DNA of 64,000 nt from Myxococcales bacterium. Its GTDB lineage: Bacteria > Myxococcota_A > Polyangia > Polyangiales > JADJMO01. The stretch covers positions 1-64,000 of the forward strand of contig JAEUKC010000023.1 of the NCBI GenBank assembly GCA_016794445.1, given 5' to 3'. Positions within the stretch are counted from its first letter, which is position 1, and every line of letters begins with the position of its first letter. Below are positions 49,071-58,101 of the stretch, piece by piece. Both the position numbers and the translations under genes were made by a program. Under the pieces are notes generated by a model. That model did no database searches and had not been told where the DNA came from. It saw only the letters and a program-made list of their open reading frames with translations.

Positions 49071-49703
49071 TCAGAACATGTCGTAGCCGAGGGCGAGGAG
49101 CGGCACGACCGTCACCTTGCTGGTGAAGATCGCGTGGAGGTCGAGGCCGATGGTGAAGGCCTTGCGCTTGTTCGGCTTGATGCTGCCGAGCGCGAGACCC
49201 GCGCGGGCCTCGATGCCGAAGAAGGTGCCGGCCTCGCCCGACGCGCTCGCGCTCGCACCATTGGCGTCGGCCTGGGTCGCCGCTTGCGCTGCGGCGCCGC
49301 GTAGGAGCTCGGGCCCCGCCGCGACGAAGAACATGTCGGAGAAGGTGAAGTCGGCGAGCGCGCCGATCCCGTAGAGCGCGACGGCGCTCACGCTCGTGCT
49401 GGCGCCGGTCGCGGAGTTGGAGACGGCAGCACCGGCGCCGAGCAGCAGGATCGGCGAGCCGTAGACGCCGATCATGTTGTCGATCTGCACACCGAAGCGC
49501 GCGTCGATGCCACCGATGCCGCCACCGGTGCCGTTGACGAAGTACTTGCCGCCGAAGCCGGAGATGCCCCAGCGGAAACGCATCTCCTCGCCGCCCGCCG
49601 GCTGCGCCGCCGGAGGGGGCGCGGGCGGTGGCATCTGCGCGGACGCAGTGCCCGTGGCGACGACGACTGCACCGAACGTCAAGATGGCGAGGGTGTTCTT
49701 CAT
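49071..49703 (-). CDS. outer-membrane beta-barrel protein
   Basis: The signal peptide is MKNTLAILTFGAVVVATGTASA/QM. It has Gly-rich beta strands and ends ...LLALGYDMF. Confidence 0.8.
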   Translation of the reverse strand: MKNTLAILTFGAVVVATGTASAQMPPPAPPPAAQPAGGEEMRFRWGISGFGGKYFVNGTGGGIGGIDARFGVQIDNMIGVYGSPILLLGAGAAVSNSATGASTSVSAVALYGIGALADFTFSDMFFVAAGPELLRGAAAQAATQADANGASASASGEAGTFFGIEARAGLALGSIKPNKRKAFTIGLDLHAIFTSKVTVVPLLALGYDMF

Positions 49704-49780
49704 TGCGCCAGCGTAAGGGGCGACGGAGCGAAAGGGGAGATGGTGCTTCGCCGCGCGGTCGACGCGGCGCGTTGCCCGCC

Positions 49781-50407
49781 TCAGGGCGCGAACGCCCGCT
49801 CCCTCTGATCACGCTCGAAGCGCACGGCGGCGCGCACGGCCGGACGCGTCAGGAGGCGCTCCTGGTAGGCCCGCAGCGTGGGGAACTCCTCGAGCGAGAT
49901 CCCGCCGTGGGGCGCGATGGTGAGCGCCCAGAACAGGTACGCGTCGGCCACCGTGAACCGATCGCCGACCAGCGCCTCCCGGCCCGCGAGGTGCCGCTCG
50001 ACCACCCCGAGAGGCTTCTGGATGACCTTGCGCGCGTGGTCCCGGACGGCGTCGGGGGAGTCTGGCGCGAACACCGGCGCGAGCCCCTTCTTGTGGATCT
50101 CGGTGCCGACGAAGCCGAGCCAGCGGGTCAGCTCGTAGCGCGCGAACTCGTCCGCTCGCGGCGCGAGCGCCAGGCCGGCGCGATCGGCGAGATAGGTCAA
50201 CACCGCGCTGTTCTCGACGAGCGTGTGCTGGTCGTCGATCACGAGTGTCGGCACCTGTCCCATGGGATTGAACGTGTGGAGATCCCCGCCGCCCTCGAGG
50301 CGCTTGGTCGGCAGATCCACGCGGTGCAGATCCACCTCGAGGCCCGCCTCCCGGCAGGCGATGTGGGCGGCGAGCGAGCAGGCGAACGGCGAGTAGAAGA
50401 GCTTCAT
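49781..50407 (-). CDS. glutathione S-transferase (beta/GstA-like)
   Basis: MKLFYSPFACSLAAHIACREAG..., NPMGQVPTL and ENSAVLTYL form the thioredoxin-fold G-site. GGAGG lies upstream of ATG 50407. Confidence 0.9.
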   Translation of the reverse strand: MKLFYSPFACSLAAHIACREAGLEVDLHRVDLPTKRLEGGGDLHTFNPMGQVPTLVIDDQHTLVENSAVLTYLADRAGLALAPRADEFARYELTRWLGFVGTEIHKKGLAPVFAPDSPDAVRDHARKVIQKPLGVVERHLAGREALVGDRFTVADAYLFWALTIAPHGGISLEEFPTLRAYQERLLTRPAVRAAVRFERDQRERAFAP

Positions 50408-50444
50408 CGCGGGACCTCCGGGTTGGTGCTAATATTGTCCGACG

Positions 50445-50509
50445 CGGTACATAAATGGCGGACCGGGCACGTTCGGTCAATTGTTTTTGTTCGTTACGGT
50501 ACATAAATG
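50445..50509. promoter_or_regulatory. duplicated 13-mer CGGTACATAAATG in the AT-rich GST/TetR divergent region
   Basis: The copies are at 50445-50457 and 50497-50509, 52 bp apart. The second ends with the TetR ATG. The surrounding 80 bp is the most AT-rich stretch I saw in the window. Confidence 0.35.
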
Positions 50510-51112
50510 ATCCAGACCCCGAAGAAACGTGGACGTCCGCGCGCGTTCGACGCCGCCGTGGTGCTCGAGCGGGCCACCGAGACGTTCCTGAAGTTCGGCT
50601 ACTCGGGGGCGTCGCTCGACGCCTTGACCACCTCCATGGGGCTGAACAAGCCGAGCCTGTACGCCGCGTTCGGGGACAAGCGGGCGCTCTTCGTCCGCGT
50701 GCTGGAGGACCGCGCCGACCAGGTGGCGAGGCGGATCCAGGCCGCGTTCGCGCGCGGCGAATCGCTCCAGGGCTCGCTGCAGGAGGCGTTCCTCGAGGCC
50801 GTCGAGATCTACACCGCCGACGACGCGCCCCCCGGGTGCCTCATCGTCAGCGGGTCGAGCACCGAGGCCGTGGTCGACGAGGGACTCGCCCAGTTCTCGC
50901 GGGAGTTCTTCGCGCGGTGCGACCACGTGGTGGCCAGGTGGTTCACCGAGAGGGTGCCCGTGGGGGGCGACGTCTCGGCGCTGAACCTGTCACGCCTGTT
51001 CAACGGGGTGATCCACGACCTCGCGCTGCGGGCGCGGGTGGGCGAGTCGCGGGCGAGGCTGCGCGACTACGCAGAGGGCGCGGCGCGGGCCCTCACCAAG
51101 GCCGCGGGGTGA
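50507..51112 (+). CDS. TetR family transcriptional regulator
   Basis: The TetR_N HTH is GRPRAFDAAVVLERATETFLKFGYSGASLDALTTSMGLNKPSLYAAFGDKRALF. Confidence 0.9.
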   Translation: MIQTPKKRGRPRAFDAAVVLERATETFLKFGYSGASLDALTTSMGLNKPSLYAAFGDKRALFVRVLEDRADQVARRIQAAFARGESLQGSLQEAFLEAVEIYTADDAPPGCLIVSGSSTEAVVDEGLAQFSREFFARCDHVVARWFTERVPVGGDVSALNLSRLFNGVIHDLALRARVGESRARLRDYAEGAARALTKAAG

Positions 51113-51127
51113 AGCGCCCGATCCGGG

Positions 51128-51168
51128 GGTGATCGGATCGATCCGATCGTCGGATCTCCCCGATCACC
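51128..51168 (+). terminator. extended GATC-rich nested hairpin (terminator, attenuator or operator)
   Basis: GGTGATCGG-atc-GATCCGA-tcg-TCGGATC-tcc-CCGATCACC forms a 9-bp outer stem and a 7-bp inner stem. It overlaps a perfect 18-bp palindrome GATCGGATCGATCCGATC (51131-51148). It begins 16 nt after the TetR stop. Confidence 0.4.
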
Positions 51169-51245
51169 GTCACGCGGAAGCGACGCAATTTTCTAGCGGA
51201 TCCGGGCCTGTGACCGCCGGCATCTCTTTCGCAGAGGCGAAGGGC

Positions 51246-53099
51246 ATGCGTCCTCTTCCCTGGCTCCTCTCCCTCTCGACGCTGGCGGTCGTCACCAGCG
51301 CCGGCGCCGCGCCGACGCTCACGGAGTACCGCCACTTCCGCGCGCTGTCCGTCGACCTGCTCGGGCGCGTGCCGACGCGCGCCGACCTCGCCGCCTTCGA
51401 GAAGCCCGGCTTCGACCTCGACAAGTGGATCGACGCCGCGCTGGTCGGCAAGGGCTACGCCGAGCGCGTCCGCCGCACGTACATGGACCTCCTGCGCCTG
51501 GACGTCGGCTCCACCTTCACGTTCCGCCCGAACGCGAGCGTGCTCCGGCGCCAGACGATCCTCGGGCCCGACGGCAAGCAGATGTACGTCTACTACCGCA
51601 ACGGTCAGCGCCGCGCGCGGGAGGAGACCGACGGCGTGTTCTGCCTCTCGCAGGCGGACATCGGCGCCGTGTTCACCGGGACCGGCGTCACCATCGGGAC
51701 CCTCACGAAGGTCGACGCGAAGGTGCTCGACGCCAACACCACGCTGGTCAAGCCGTGGTGGCTCGGCGCGACGCCGACCGACCCGTCGTGGGCGCTGATC
51801 CCCGAGCTGCAGAAGGAGCCCGACGGCACGGCGACCACCATGGTTCGCGTGTGCAAGGAGGAGGCGTCCACCGCCACGAGCGCCCCCGTGTTCGCGACTG
51901 GTCGCAAGGCTCCGGTCGCGGGGACCCCACCGCCCTACGGCCGCGTGACTGCGCTGCCCCTCGACAGCGCGTACGCCGCCACCAACAAGGGCAAGGTCAT
52001 CGCCTGCGAGGGCGGGTCGGCGTACAGCAACACGACCGGTTGTGGGTGCGGCCCCGGCCTCGAGCGCTGCCTTCCGGCCGCCGGCAACAGCGTCGAGCCC
52101 GCCGCGTTCACGCTCCCGCAGGGGGCCATGCTCGGCGTCGATCGCCCGACCAGCGTCGCGCGCGACGGCGAGGGCGGCTGGCACCGGCAGTGGTGGTCGC
52201 AGGAGGCCGTGCGCACCATCGAGTGGATCGCGGCGAGCGACCGCGACTTCCGCGAGATCCTCACCGGCAAGGGCACGGTCGTGAACGGCCCGCTCGTGCA
52301 GTTCTACAAGCACGTCGCGGGGGCCACCTGCTGCGGCAACGGGATCAACCTCGGCTACGTCAACCCGGTCGGGCTCGTCGACGAGGCGAAGCTCCCCGCC
52401 CTCGCGCCGACCGACGGCGCCACCTGGAAGGTCGTGGACGACCGCGGCCCCAACGCCTCCGGCATCCTCACCATGCCGGTGTTCCTCACCAAGTACGGCA
52501 CGCGTCGCGGCCGCGCACACGTCCTCTACAACGTCTTCCGGTGCCGGCAGTTCGTCGCCGAGAACCTCAAGCTCGAGCCCTCGACCGAGCCCGACCTCAC
52601 CAAGCGCTCCGGCTGCCAGACCTGCCACGCCACGCTCGAGCCGATGGCCGCGTACTTCACGCGCGTGCTCGAGTCGGACTGGACCTGGCTCCCCAAGGAG
52701 AGCTTCCCGATCGACCAGGCGAGCTGCCGCGCCGATCCGCTCAAGATGTCGACGACCTGCAAGGGTTACTACGACCCGGCGTTCACGAGCCCGACGGCCA
52801 CCATGCTGCGCGGCGCCTACGCGAGCGTAGCCCACGCCGACGAGGGGCCCGCCGGGCTCGCCAAGGCGACCGTCTCGTCGCCCGAGTTCGGCAAGTGCGT
52901 CGTCACCAACATGGCGAGCTCGTTCCTCGGCCGCGAGCTCGGCGTGGAGGACGAGGCGATGGTCACCCGCCTCGAGGGAACGTTCGTCGGCTCCGGCTAC
53001 AAGATGCGGTCGCTGGTCAAGGCGCTGGTCCACGAGCCCGCCTACCTCACCGCCAACAACCTCTCGTCGACCGCGCTGCGCGAAGGAGAAGGCAAGTGA
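51246..53099 (+). CDS. planctomycete-type DUF1588/DUF1592-like protein with CXXCH motif
   Basis: ATG 51246 is in frame with ORF 51129..53099. The signal peptide is MRPLPWLLSLSTLAVVTSAGAAP. ...RRGRAHVLYNVFRCRQF...SGCQTCHATLEPMAAYF resembles the DUF1588 haem-motif region. The family call is from memory. Confidence 0.6.
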   Translation: MRPLPWLLSLSTLAVVTSAGAAPTLTEYRHFRALSVDLLGRVPTRADLAAFEKPGFDLDKWIDAALVGKGYAERVRRTYMDLLRLDVGSTFTFRPNASVLRRQTILGPDGKQMYVYYRNGQRRAREETDGVFCLSQADIGAVFTGTGVTIGTLTKVDAKVLDANTTLVKPWWLGATPTDPSWALIPELQKEPDGTATTMVRVCKEEASTATSAPVFATGRKAPVAGTPPPYGRVTALPLDSAYAATNKGKVIACEGGSAYSNTTGCGCGPGLERCLPAAGNSVEPAAFTLPQGAMLGVDRPTSVARDGEGGWHRQWWSQEAVRTIEWIAASDRDFREILTGKGTVVNGPLVQFYKHVAGATCCGNGINLGYVNPVGLVDEAKLPALAPTDGATWKVVDDRGPNASGILTMPVFLTKYGTRRGRAHVLYNVFRCRQFVAENLKLEPSTEPDLTKRSGCQTCHATLEPMAAYFTRVLESDWTWLPKESFPIDQASCRADPLKMSTTCKGYYDPAFTSPTATMLRGAYASVAHADEGPAGLAKATVSSPEFGKCVVTNMASSFLGRELGVEDEAMVTRLEGTFVGSGYKMRSLVKALVHEPAYLTANNLSSTALREGEGK

Positions 53100-53794
53100 A
53101 GACCCGTTCCCTCGTCCTCGGCCTGTTCCTCCTCGCCGGCTGCGCGCGCGACCCCGCCCCCGGCGAGCGCGAGGTCCCCTCGATCCCCGCCTCCGACCTC
53201 CCCGGTCACGGCACGCTCAACCAGGACGGCACCCCCAAGGAGGGCCCGCGCCTCCTGCCGGTGGAGGTGTACATCCAGTTCTACCTCGACGTGTTCGGCG
53301 GGCTCTCGCCGCTCGGCGCCGAGACCCTCGCGCGCGGCAAGGACGGCGCCCTCTTCGACACCTGGCGCGACTACCTCGCCTCGCTCGGCATGCCCGACTA
53401 CGAGAAGGACATCGCGCGCGTCGGGCAGACCAACGCGATGATGCTCGCCTCGTTCGAGCGCGTGGGGGTCTCGCTGTGCGACCGCGCGATCGAGCGCGAT
53501 CTGCGCGGCGCGACGCTCGACAAGCGCACCGTGTTCGCGTTCGAGCCCACCAAGGCGGCGCCGACCGAGGCCGAGTTCGCGGCGCGGTTCGACGTGCTCC
53601 ACCGCACCTTCCTCGGCTACCCGGCCGCGCTCGCCGAGACGCCGCGCACCAAGCGCTTCTTCGACCTCTACAACGCGACCGTGGCGCGCCACACGGCCAA
53701 GGGCGCCGCGCCGAGCACGTTCACCCCGACGGAGGCCGGCTGGGCCGCCGTCTGTTACGGGCTGGTCCGCCACCCCGAGCTCCACACCTACTGA
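53096..53794 (+). CDS. lipoprotein, hypothetical
   Basis: GTG 53096 overlaps the upstream TGA (GTGA) and is in frame with ORF 51425..53794. The signal is VKTRSLVLGLFLLAGC/ARD. Confidence 0.65.
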   Translation: MKTRSLVLGLFLLAGCARDPAPGEREVPSIPASDLPGHGTLNQDGTPKEGPRLLPVEVYIQFYLDVFGGLSPLGAETLARGKDGALFDTWRDYLASLGMPDYEKDIARVGQTNAMMLASFERVGVSLCDRAIERDLRGATLDKRTVFAFEPTKAAPTEAEFAARFDVLHRTFLGYPAALAETPRTKRFFDLYNATVARHTAKGAAPSTFTPTEAGWAAVCYGLVRHPELHTY

Positions 53795-53811
53795 CGGGCC
53801 GAGGAAACACC

Positions 53812-55185
53812 ATGAACCAGCGAGAGACGACGGAGCGAAGGACGTTCCTCAAGGTGCTCGGCGGCCTCGGAGCGGCGGCGGTGACCGGCGCGCCGGTGCT
53901 GCGCGCGCTCGCCGAGGACAAGACGACGACCAGCGACGAGTTCTTCGTCCTGATCCACGCGCAGGGCGGCTGGGACGTGACCCTGTGGTCGGACCCACGA
54001 AACGAGGACAAGGGCCTCGTCGACCCGGCGACCGACAAGCTCGTGAACACCGAGGGCCTGCGCCGCTGGGTGGACGACGCCGAGGTCCGGCCGGGTGAGC
54101 GCACCTTCAAGAAGGTGCAGCCCGCGGGGTCGAAGCTCGTGTTCGGGCCGGGCATCGGCGACCTCGCCGACCTCTACGACCGCATCACGCTGTTCAACGG
54201 CGTCGCCGTCAACACGGTGAGCCACCCCGACGGCACCGCGTTCGCCGCCACCGGGCGGCACCTCGCGGGCGGTCGCGTCCCGGCGAGCAGCCTCGACTCG
54301 CTGCTGGCCAACGAGTTCGGCACCGGTCAGCTCCTGCCGGCCGTGAGCGTGCGGTTCCCCTCCGCGTTCCTCGGCCAGGACCTCGATCGCCGCGCGATGC
54401 CGCTGCTCGTCGACGGCATCGGCTCCATGGGGCGCTCGCTCGCGCGCTCCAACGCCAACACCACCGTCGCCGACCGCGACGCGGTGACCGCCCTGCTCAC
54501 GCAGGAGGCGAAGGACCTCGCCGCCCGCGCCCACGACCCGGGCGCGATGAACGGGTTCGCGCTCCAGCTCTCCGCGCTCACCAAGATGCTCGGCGGGCCG
54601 GTGCAGCAGATCTTCGACACGACCAAGCTCAAGGCCGCCCAGCCGACCTTCGACTACACCGGGCGGTTCATGGGCGCGTTCGCGCCGAACTTCGCGTTCG
54701 CCGTCGAGGCCATGAAGGCGAACCTCGTGCGCTGCGTGTCGTTCGCGATGGGGAGCTTCGACACCCACACGAGCAACTACACCGACCACGGCCTCAAGCT
54801 GCAGGAGACGTTCGACCAGATCACCGAGCTCGTGCGCGTGCTCGACGCGACCCCACACCCCACCCGCACGGGGCACAAGCTGTCGGAGCACACCCACGTG
54901 ATCGTGGTGAGCGAGTTCTGTCGCACGCCGCAGATCAACCTCACGGGCGGCCGCGACCACTACCCGAACGGGTCGGCGCTCGTGATCTCTCCGAAGTTCC
55001 GCGGCAACACGGTGCTCGGCTCGTCCGACCTCGAGCAGATGCTGCCGATCTCGTCGCGCACGTTCGGCGACGGGCTCCGCGCCGCGACACCAGCCGACGT
55101 GATCGCCACGGTGCTCGGCGCGTTCGGCATCGATCCCCGCAAGTACATGCGCGACGGAGAGGTCATCAAGGAGGTGCTGCGATGA
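53812..55185 (+). CDS. DUF1501-like (sulfatase-fold) protein with Tat signal
   Basis: ATG 53812 has GAGGAAAC upstream. The twin-arginine signal is ERRTFLKVLGGLGAAAVTGAPVLRA. ...SFDTHTSN... and ...VVSEFCRTP...GRDHYP resemble DUF1501. Confidence 0.7.
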   Translation: MNQRETTERRTFLKVLGGLGAAAVTGAPVLRALAEDKTTTSDEFFVLIHAQGGWDVTLWSDPRNEDKGLVDPATDKLVNTEGLRRWVDDAEVRPGERTFKKVQPAGSKLVFGPGIGDLADLYDRITLFNGVAVNTVSHPDGTAFAATGRHLAGGRVPASSLDSLLANEFGTGQLLPAVSVRFPSAFLGQDLDRRAMPLLVDGIGSMGRSLARSNANTTVADRDAVTALLTQEAKDLAARAHDPGAMNGFALQLSALTKMLGGPVQQIFDTTKLKAAQPTFDYTGRFMGAFAPNFAFAVEAMKANLVRCVSFAMGSFDTHTSNYTDHGLKLQETFDQITELVRVLDATPHPTRTGHKLSEHTHVIVVSEFCRTPQINLTGGRDHYPNGSALVISPKFRGNTVLGSSDLEQMLPISSRTFGDGLRAATPADVIATVLGAFGIDPRKYMRDGEVIKEVLR

Positions 55186-56318
55186 AGGCCTGGTGGCTCT
55201 CGCTGGTCGCCCTGACGCTGGGCTGCGGCGGTGGGGCGGAAGAGGCGCCGACGACGCAGGTCGAGGCGATGGTCGTGCGAACGGTCGACTGGAACCCGGC
55301 CAAGGCCGACCTCGGCGCGGTGCAGGCCGTCGCCGACTCGGGCGACACCTCGTACCTGTTCGGCGGCAAGGGCGTGACGCTCATGACCGGCGGCGCGGCC
55401 CGCGCGCAGATCGCGGGGCCGAAGGCGTGGGTCGGCGCGGCGGCGATCGCCGGCGCCGACGGCACCGGCACCTGGGTGATCGGCGTGACCGACGCCGGCC
55501 GCGTGGTCCGCGTGCGCGCCTCGTCGAGCCTCGAAGACGTCGGCGAGCGCTGGGGCCTCGAGAAGGACGTGGTCAAGAGCGTCGTGGCGGTGGACGCCAC
55601 CCACGTGGCGTTCGGCGTCGCGGGTGGCTTCGCGCTGTCCGACGGCAAGAAGGTGACCCGCTACGACGGCCCCAAGACGGGGCTCCTCCGAGGCGGGCAC
55701 GGCAAGCTCGGGTTCGTCGACGGCGGCAAGGTCCGGGTGATCTCCCTGCCGGCCGTCACCGCGGTGGACTGGCCGCTGCCGAGCGCGATCGACGTCGCGA
55801 TCGACGCGCGCGGGATCCTCGTGAGCTCGAGCGAGGGGCTGTTCGTCGAGCGCGACGGCAACCTCGTGCAGAAGCTCGACGGCTCGTTCGGGCCCCTGAC
55901 GGTGGCTGGTGACACCACCTGGACCACCACGGGCGGCGAGCTCGTGACGAGCGCGCCGACCGGCTTCGCGAAGAGCGCGGGTGCCGGCGTCGAGGGTGGC
56001 GCGAAGTTCTTCGGCGCGCCGAACGGCGAGCTCTGGGTGGTGGGCACGCAGGTGCGTCGCGTGTCCTACGGGACGCAGTCGGCGGCACTCGCCGACTGGC
56101 AGTCCACGGTGCAACCGATCTTCGCGAAGGTGTGCTCCGCGTGCCATTCGCCCGGCGGCTCGGCCGGCCTCGACCTGAGCTCGTACGCGGCGTGGGCGCG
56201 CCTGCGCGTGCAGATCGAGAAGCAGGTGGTGACCGACAAGAGCATGCCGCCGAAGTCGACGCCGTTCTCCGACGCCGACCGCGCCACGGTCGCGGCGTGG
56301 ATCACGCGCAACCGCTGA
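55182..56318 (+). CDS. lipoprotein with C-terminal planctomycete-cytochrome-like CXXCH domain
   Basis: Its ATG overlaps the upstream TGA (ATGA). The signal is MKAWWLSLVALTLGC/GG. The N-terminal region is beta-rich. The C-terminus is VQPIFAKVCSACHSPGGSAGLDLSSY...MPP...ATVAAWI. Confidence 0.7.
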   Translation: MKAWWLSLVALTLGCGGGAEEAPTTQVEAMVVRTVDWNPAKADLGAVQAVADSGDTSYLFGGKGVTLMTGGAARAQIAGPKAWVGAAAIAGADGTGTWVIGVTDAGRVVRVRASSSLEDVGERWGLEKDVVKSVVAVDATHVAFGVAGGFALSDGKKVTRYDGPKTGLLRGGHGKLGFVDGGKVRVISLPAVTAVDWPLPSAIDVAIDARGILVSSSEGLFVERDGNLVQKLDGSFGPLTVAGDTTWTTTGGELVTSAPTGFAKSAGAGVEGGAKFFGAPNGELWVVGTQVRRVSYGTQSAALADWQSTVQPIFAKVCSACHSPGGSAGLDLSSYAAWARLRVQIEKQVVTDKSMPPKSTPFSDADRATVAAWITRNR

Positions 56319-56344
56319 CCAGACGCCCTACGCGCGCGTGACGT

Positions 56345-57472
56345 TCACAGCAAGAGACGGTGCACGACGAACCCGGCGCCCGCGCCGAGGGCGATGAGCG
56401 TCGTCGCGCCGACCTTGAACCGGACGAGGAGCACGGCGGCCACGAGGCCGAGCGCGATCGTCCACCGATCCACGAGGGCCGCGCGCGCGAGCTGCGCCGT
56501 GACGACTGCCATCAGGGCCAGCGACGCCACGTTCACGCCGTCGAGGAACGCGCTCGCGGCGGGCGACTTGCGGAGCCGTGGCACGAGCGGCCCGCTGAGG
56601 GCGACGAACACGAACGCGGGGAGGAAGATCCCGAGCGTGGCGACGAGCGCGCCACGCCAGCCCGCGAGCAGCCACCCGACGAACGTGGCCGTGGTGAACA
56701 CCGGCCCGGGCGTGATCTGGCCGACGGCCACCGCGTCGAGCAGCTGCGCCTCGGTGAGCCAGTGGAGGCGCAGCACGAGATCGCTGCGCAGGAACGCGAG
56801 CAGGACGTAGCCGCTGCCGAACAGCACGGAGCCGATCTTGAGGAACACGAGGAAGATCGAGGACAGCGACGGCAGGAGCGCGCCCACCGCGAGGCCGGGC
56901 AGGACGGGCGCGAAGGCCGAGAGCCCCTCGCTGCGGCGCCCCGCGATCATGGTGAGCACGCCGGCCCCGAAGAGGACCGCGAGCTCGTGCACGCCGAGGG
57001 CGTAGGCGGCCACGGCCACCACGCCGAGCGCGCGCAGCCAGCCGGTCTTGGCCGCCTTGGGCGCGAGGCCCAAGATGGCCTGCACCACGATCCCGAGGAT
57101 CACCGGCTTGACCCCGTACAGGAGCCAGCGGGCGGAGGGTACGGTGCCGTAGCGGACGTACACCCAGCCGAGCGCCGCGGTGATCAGCATCGCCGGCGCG
57201 ATGAACGCCACGCCGGCCACGACGAGCCCTGCCCAGCGGCGACGCTCGAAGCCGATGTGGATGGCCATCTCGGTGGAGTTGGGCCCCGGGATCAGGTTGG
57301 TGGCGCCGAGGAGATCGAGGAAGCGCTCCTCGGTGAGCCACTTGCGGCGCACCACGACCTCCTCCTGCATGATCGCGACGTGCACGGCGGGGCCGCCGAA
57401 CGCCGTCGCGCCGAGGCGCGCGAACAGCAGCGCGAGCTCGGTCAGAGAAGTGCGCGCGAGCTCGACCGTCAC
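56345..57472 (-). CDS. chrA: chromate transporter (CHR family)
   Basis: The two-halves CHR architecture is present. The N-terminal motif is FARLGATAFGGPAVHVAIMQEEVV.RRKWLTEERFLDLLGATNLIPGPNSTE, and the second repeat carries GQITPGPVFTTATFVG. Confidence 0.9.
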   Translation of the reverse strand: MTVELARTSLTELALLFARLGATAFGGPAVHVAIMQEEVVVRRKWLTEERFLDLLGATNLIPGPNSTEMAIHIGFERRRWAGLVVAGVAFIAPAMLITAALGWVYVRYGTVPSARWLLYGVKPVILGIVVQAILGLAPKAAKTGWLRALGVVAVAAYALGVHELAVLFGAGVLTMIAGRRSEGLSAFAPVLPGLAVGALLPSLSSIFLVFLKIGSVLFGSGYVLLAFLRSDLVLRLHWLTEAQLLDAVAVGQITPGPVFTTATFVGWLLAGWRGALVATLGIFLPAFVFVALSGPLVPRLRKSPAASAFLDGVNVASLALMAVVTAQLARAALVDRWTIALGLVAAVLLVRFKVGATTLIALGAGAGFVVHRLLL

Positions 57473-57528
57473 GACGACGTCATAGACTCGCTTCGTATTC
57501 GAGAGAAGTCGCGGCTATCCTGCGCGAC

Positions 57529-58071
57529 TTGCGCGCCTCCGCCCTCGCCCTCGTCCTCGTCGCCACCGCTGGTCACGCCCACGCGGAGGAGGACCCGCCG
57601 GTCTTCGAGGGACACCCCGCGGTGACCCGCTACACGAAGGAGCTCGGCCTCGAGGTGACGCCCATGCGGCTCGACTCGGGGTGGGCGATCGGCGGTGGAG
57701 CCGCGGTCGCTGCGTTCTACTCGCGGTGGCTCTCGCCGATCGCCGGCGCCAGCCTCTCGCCGGGGTGGGCCGGCACGCGCGCGCACTGGGACACCCGCGC
57801 GGGCACGCGCCTGGTCTATCCGCGCCCGCTGTTCGGCGAGGTGTTCGGCTACGTGCTCCTCGGCACGAGCGTGCTGTTCACGGCCGTCGACGGGCAGGAC
57901 GACACCTTCACGCGCGCGTTCATGCTGATGGGCGGGATCGGGCTGTTCGGCAACGTGGCCGACCACGTCCGGCTGCGGTTCGAGCTGCGCGATCACGTGC
58001 GGATCTACGGGACGTCGGACACCAAGCACATGCCCACCGCCTCGCTCGCGTTCGTGCTGACCTACCGCTGA
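57529..58071 (+). CDS. secreted beta-barrel-like protein
   Basis: It starts at TTG. The signal peptide is MRASALALVLVATAGHAHA/EE. It ends ...ASLAFVLTYR. Confidence 0.65.
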   Translation: MRASALALVLVATAGHAHAEEDPPVFEGHPAVTRYTKELGLEVTPMRLDSGWAIGGGAAVAAFYSRWLSPIAGASLSPGWAGTRAHWDTRAGTRLVYPRPLFGEVFGYVLLGTSVLFTAVDGQDDTFTRAFMLMGGIGLFGNVADHVRLRFELRDHVRIYGTSDTKHMPTASLAFVLTYR

Positions 58072-58101
58072 CTCGAGGCGTGTCGACGAATCGAGAGGCC
58101 T

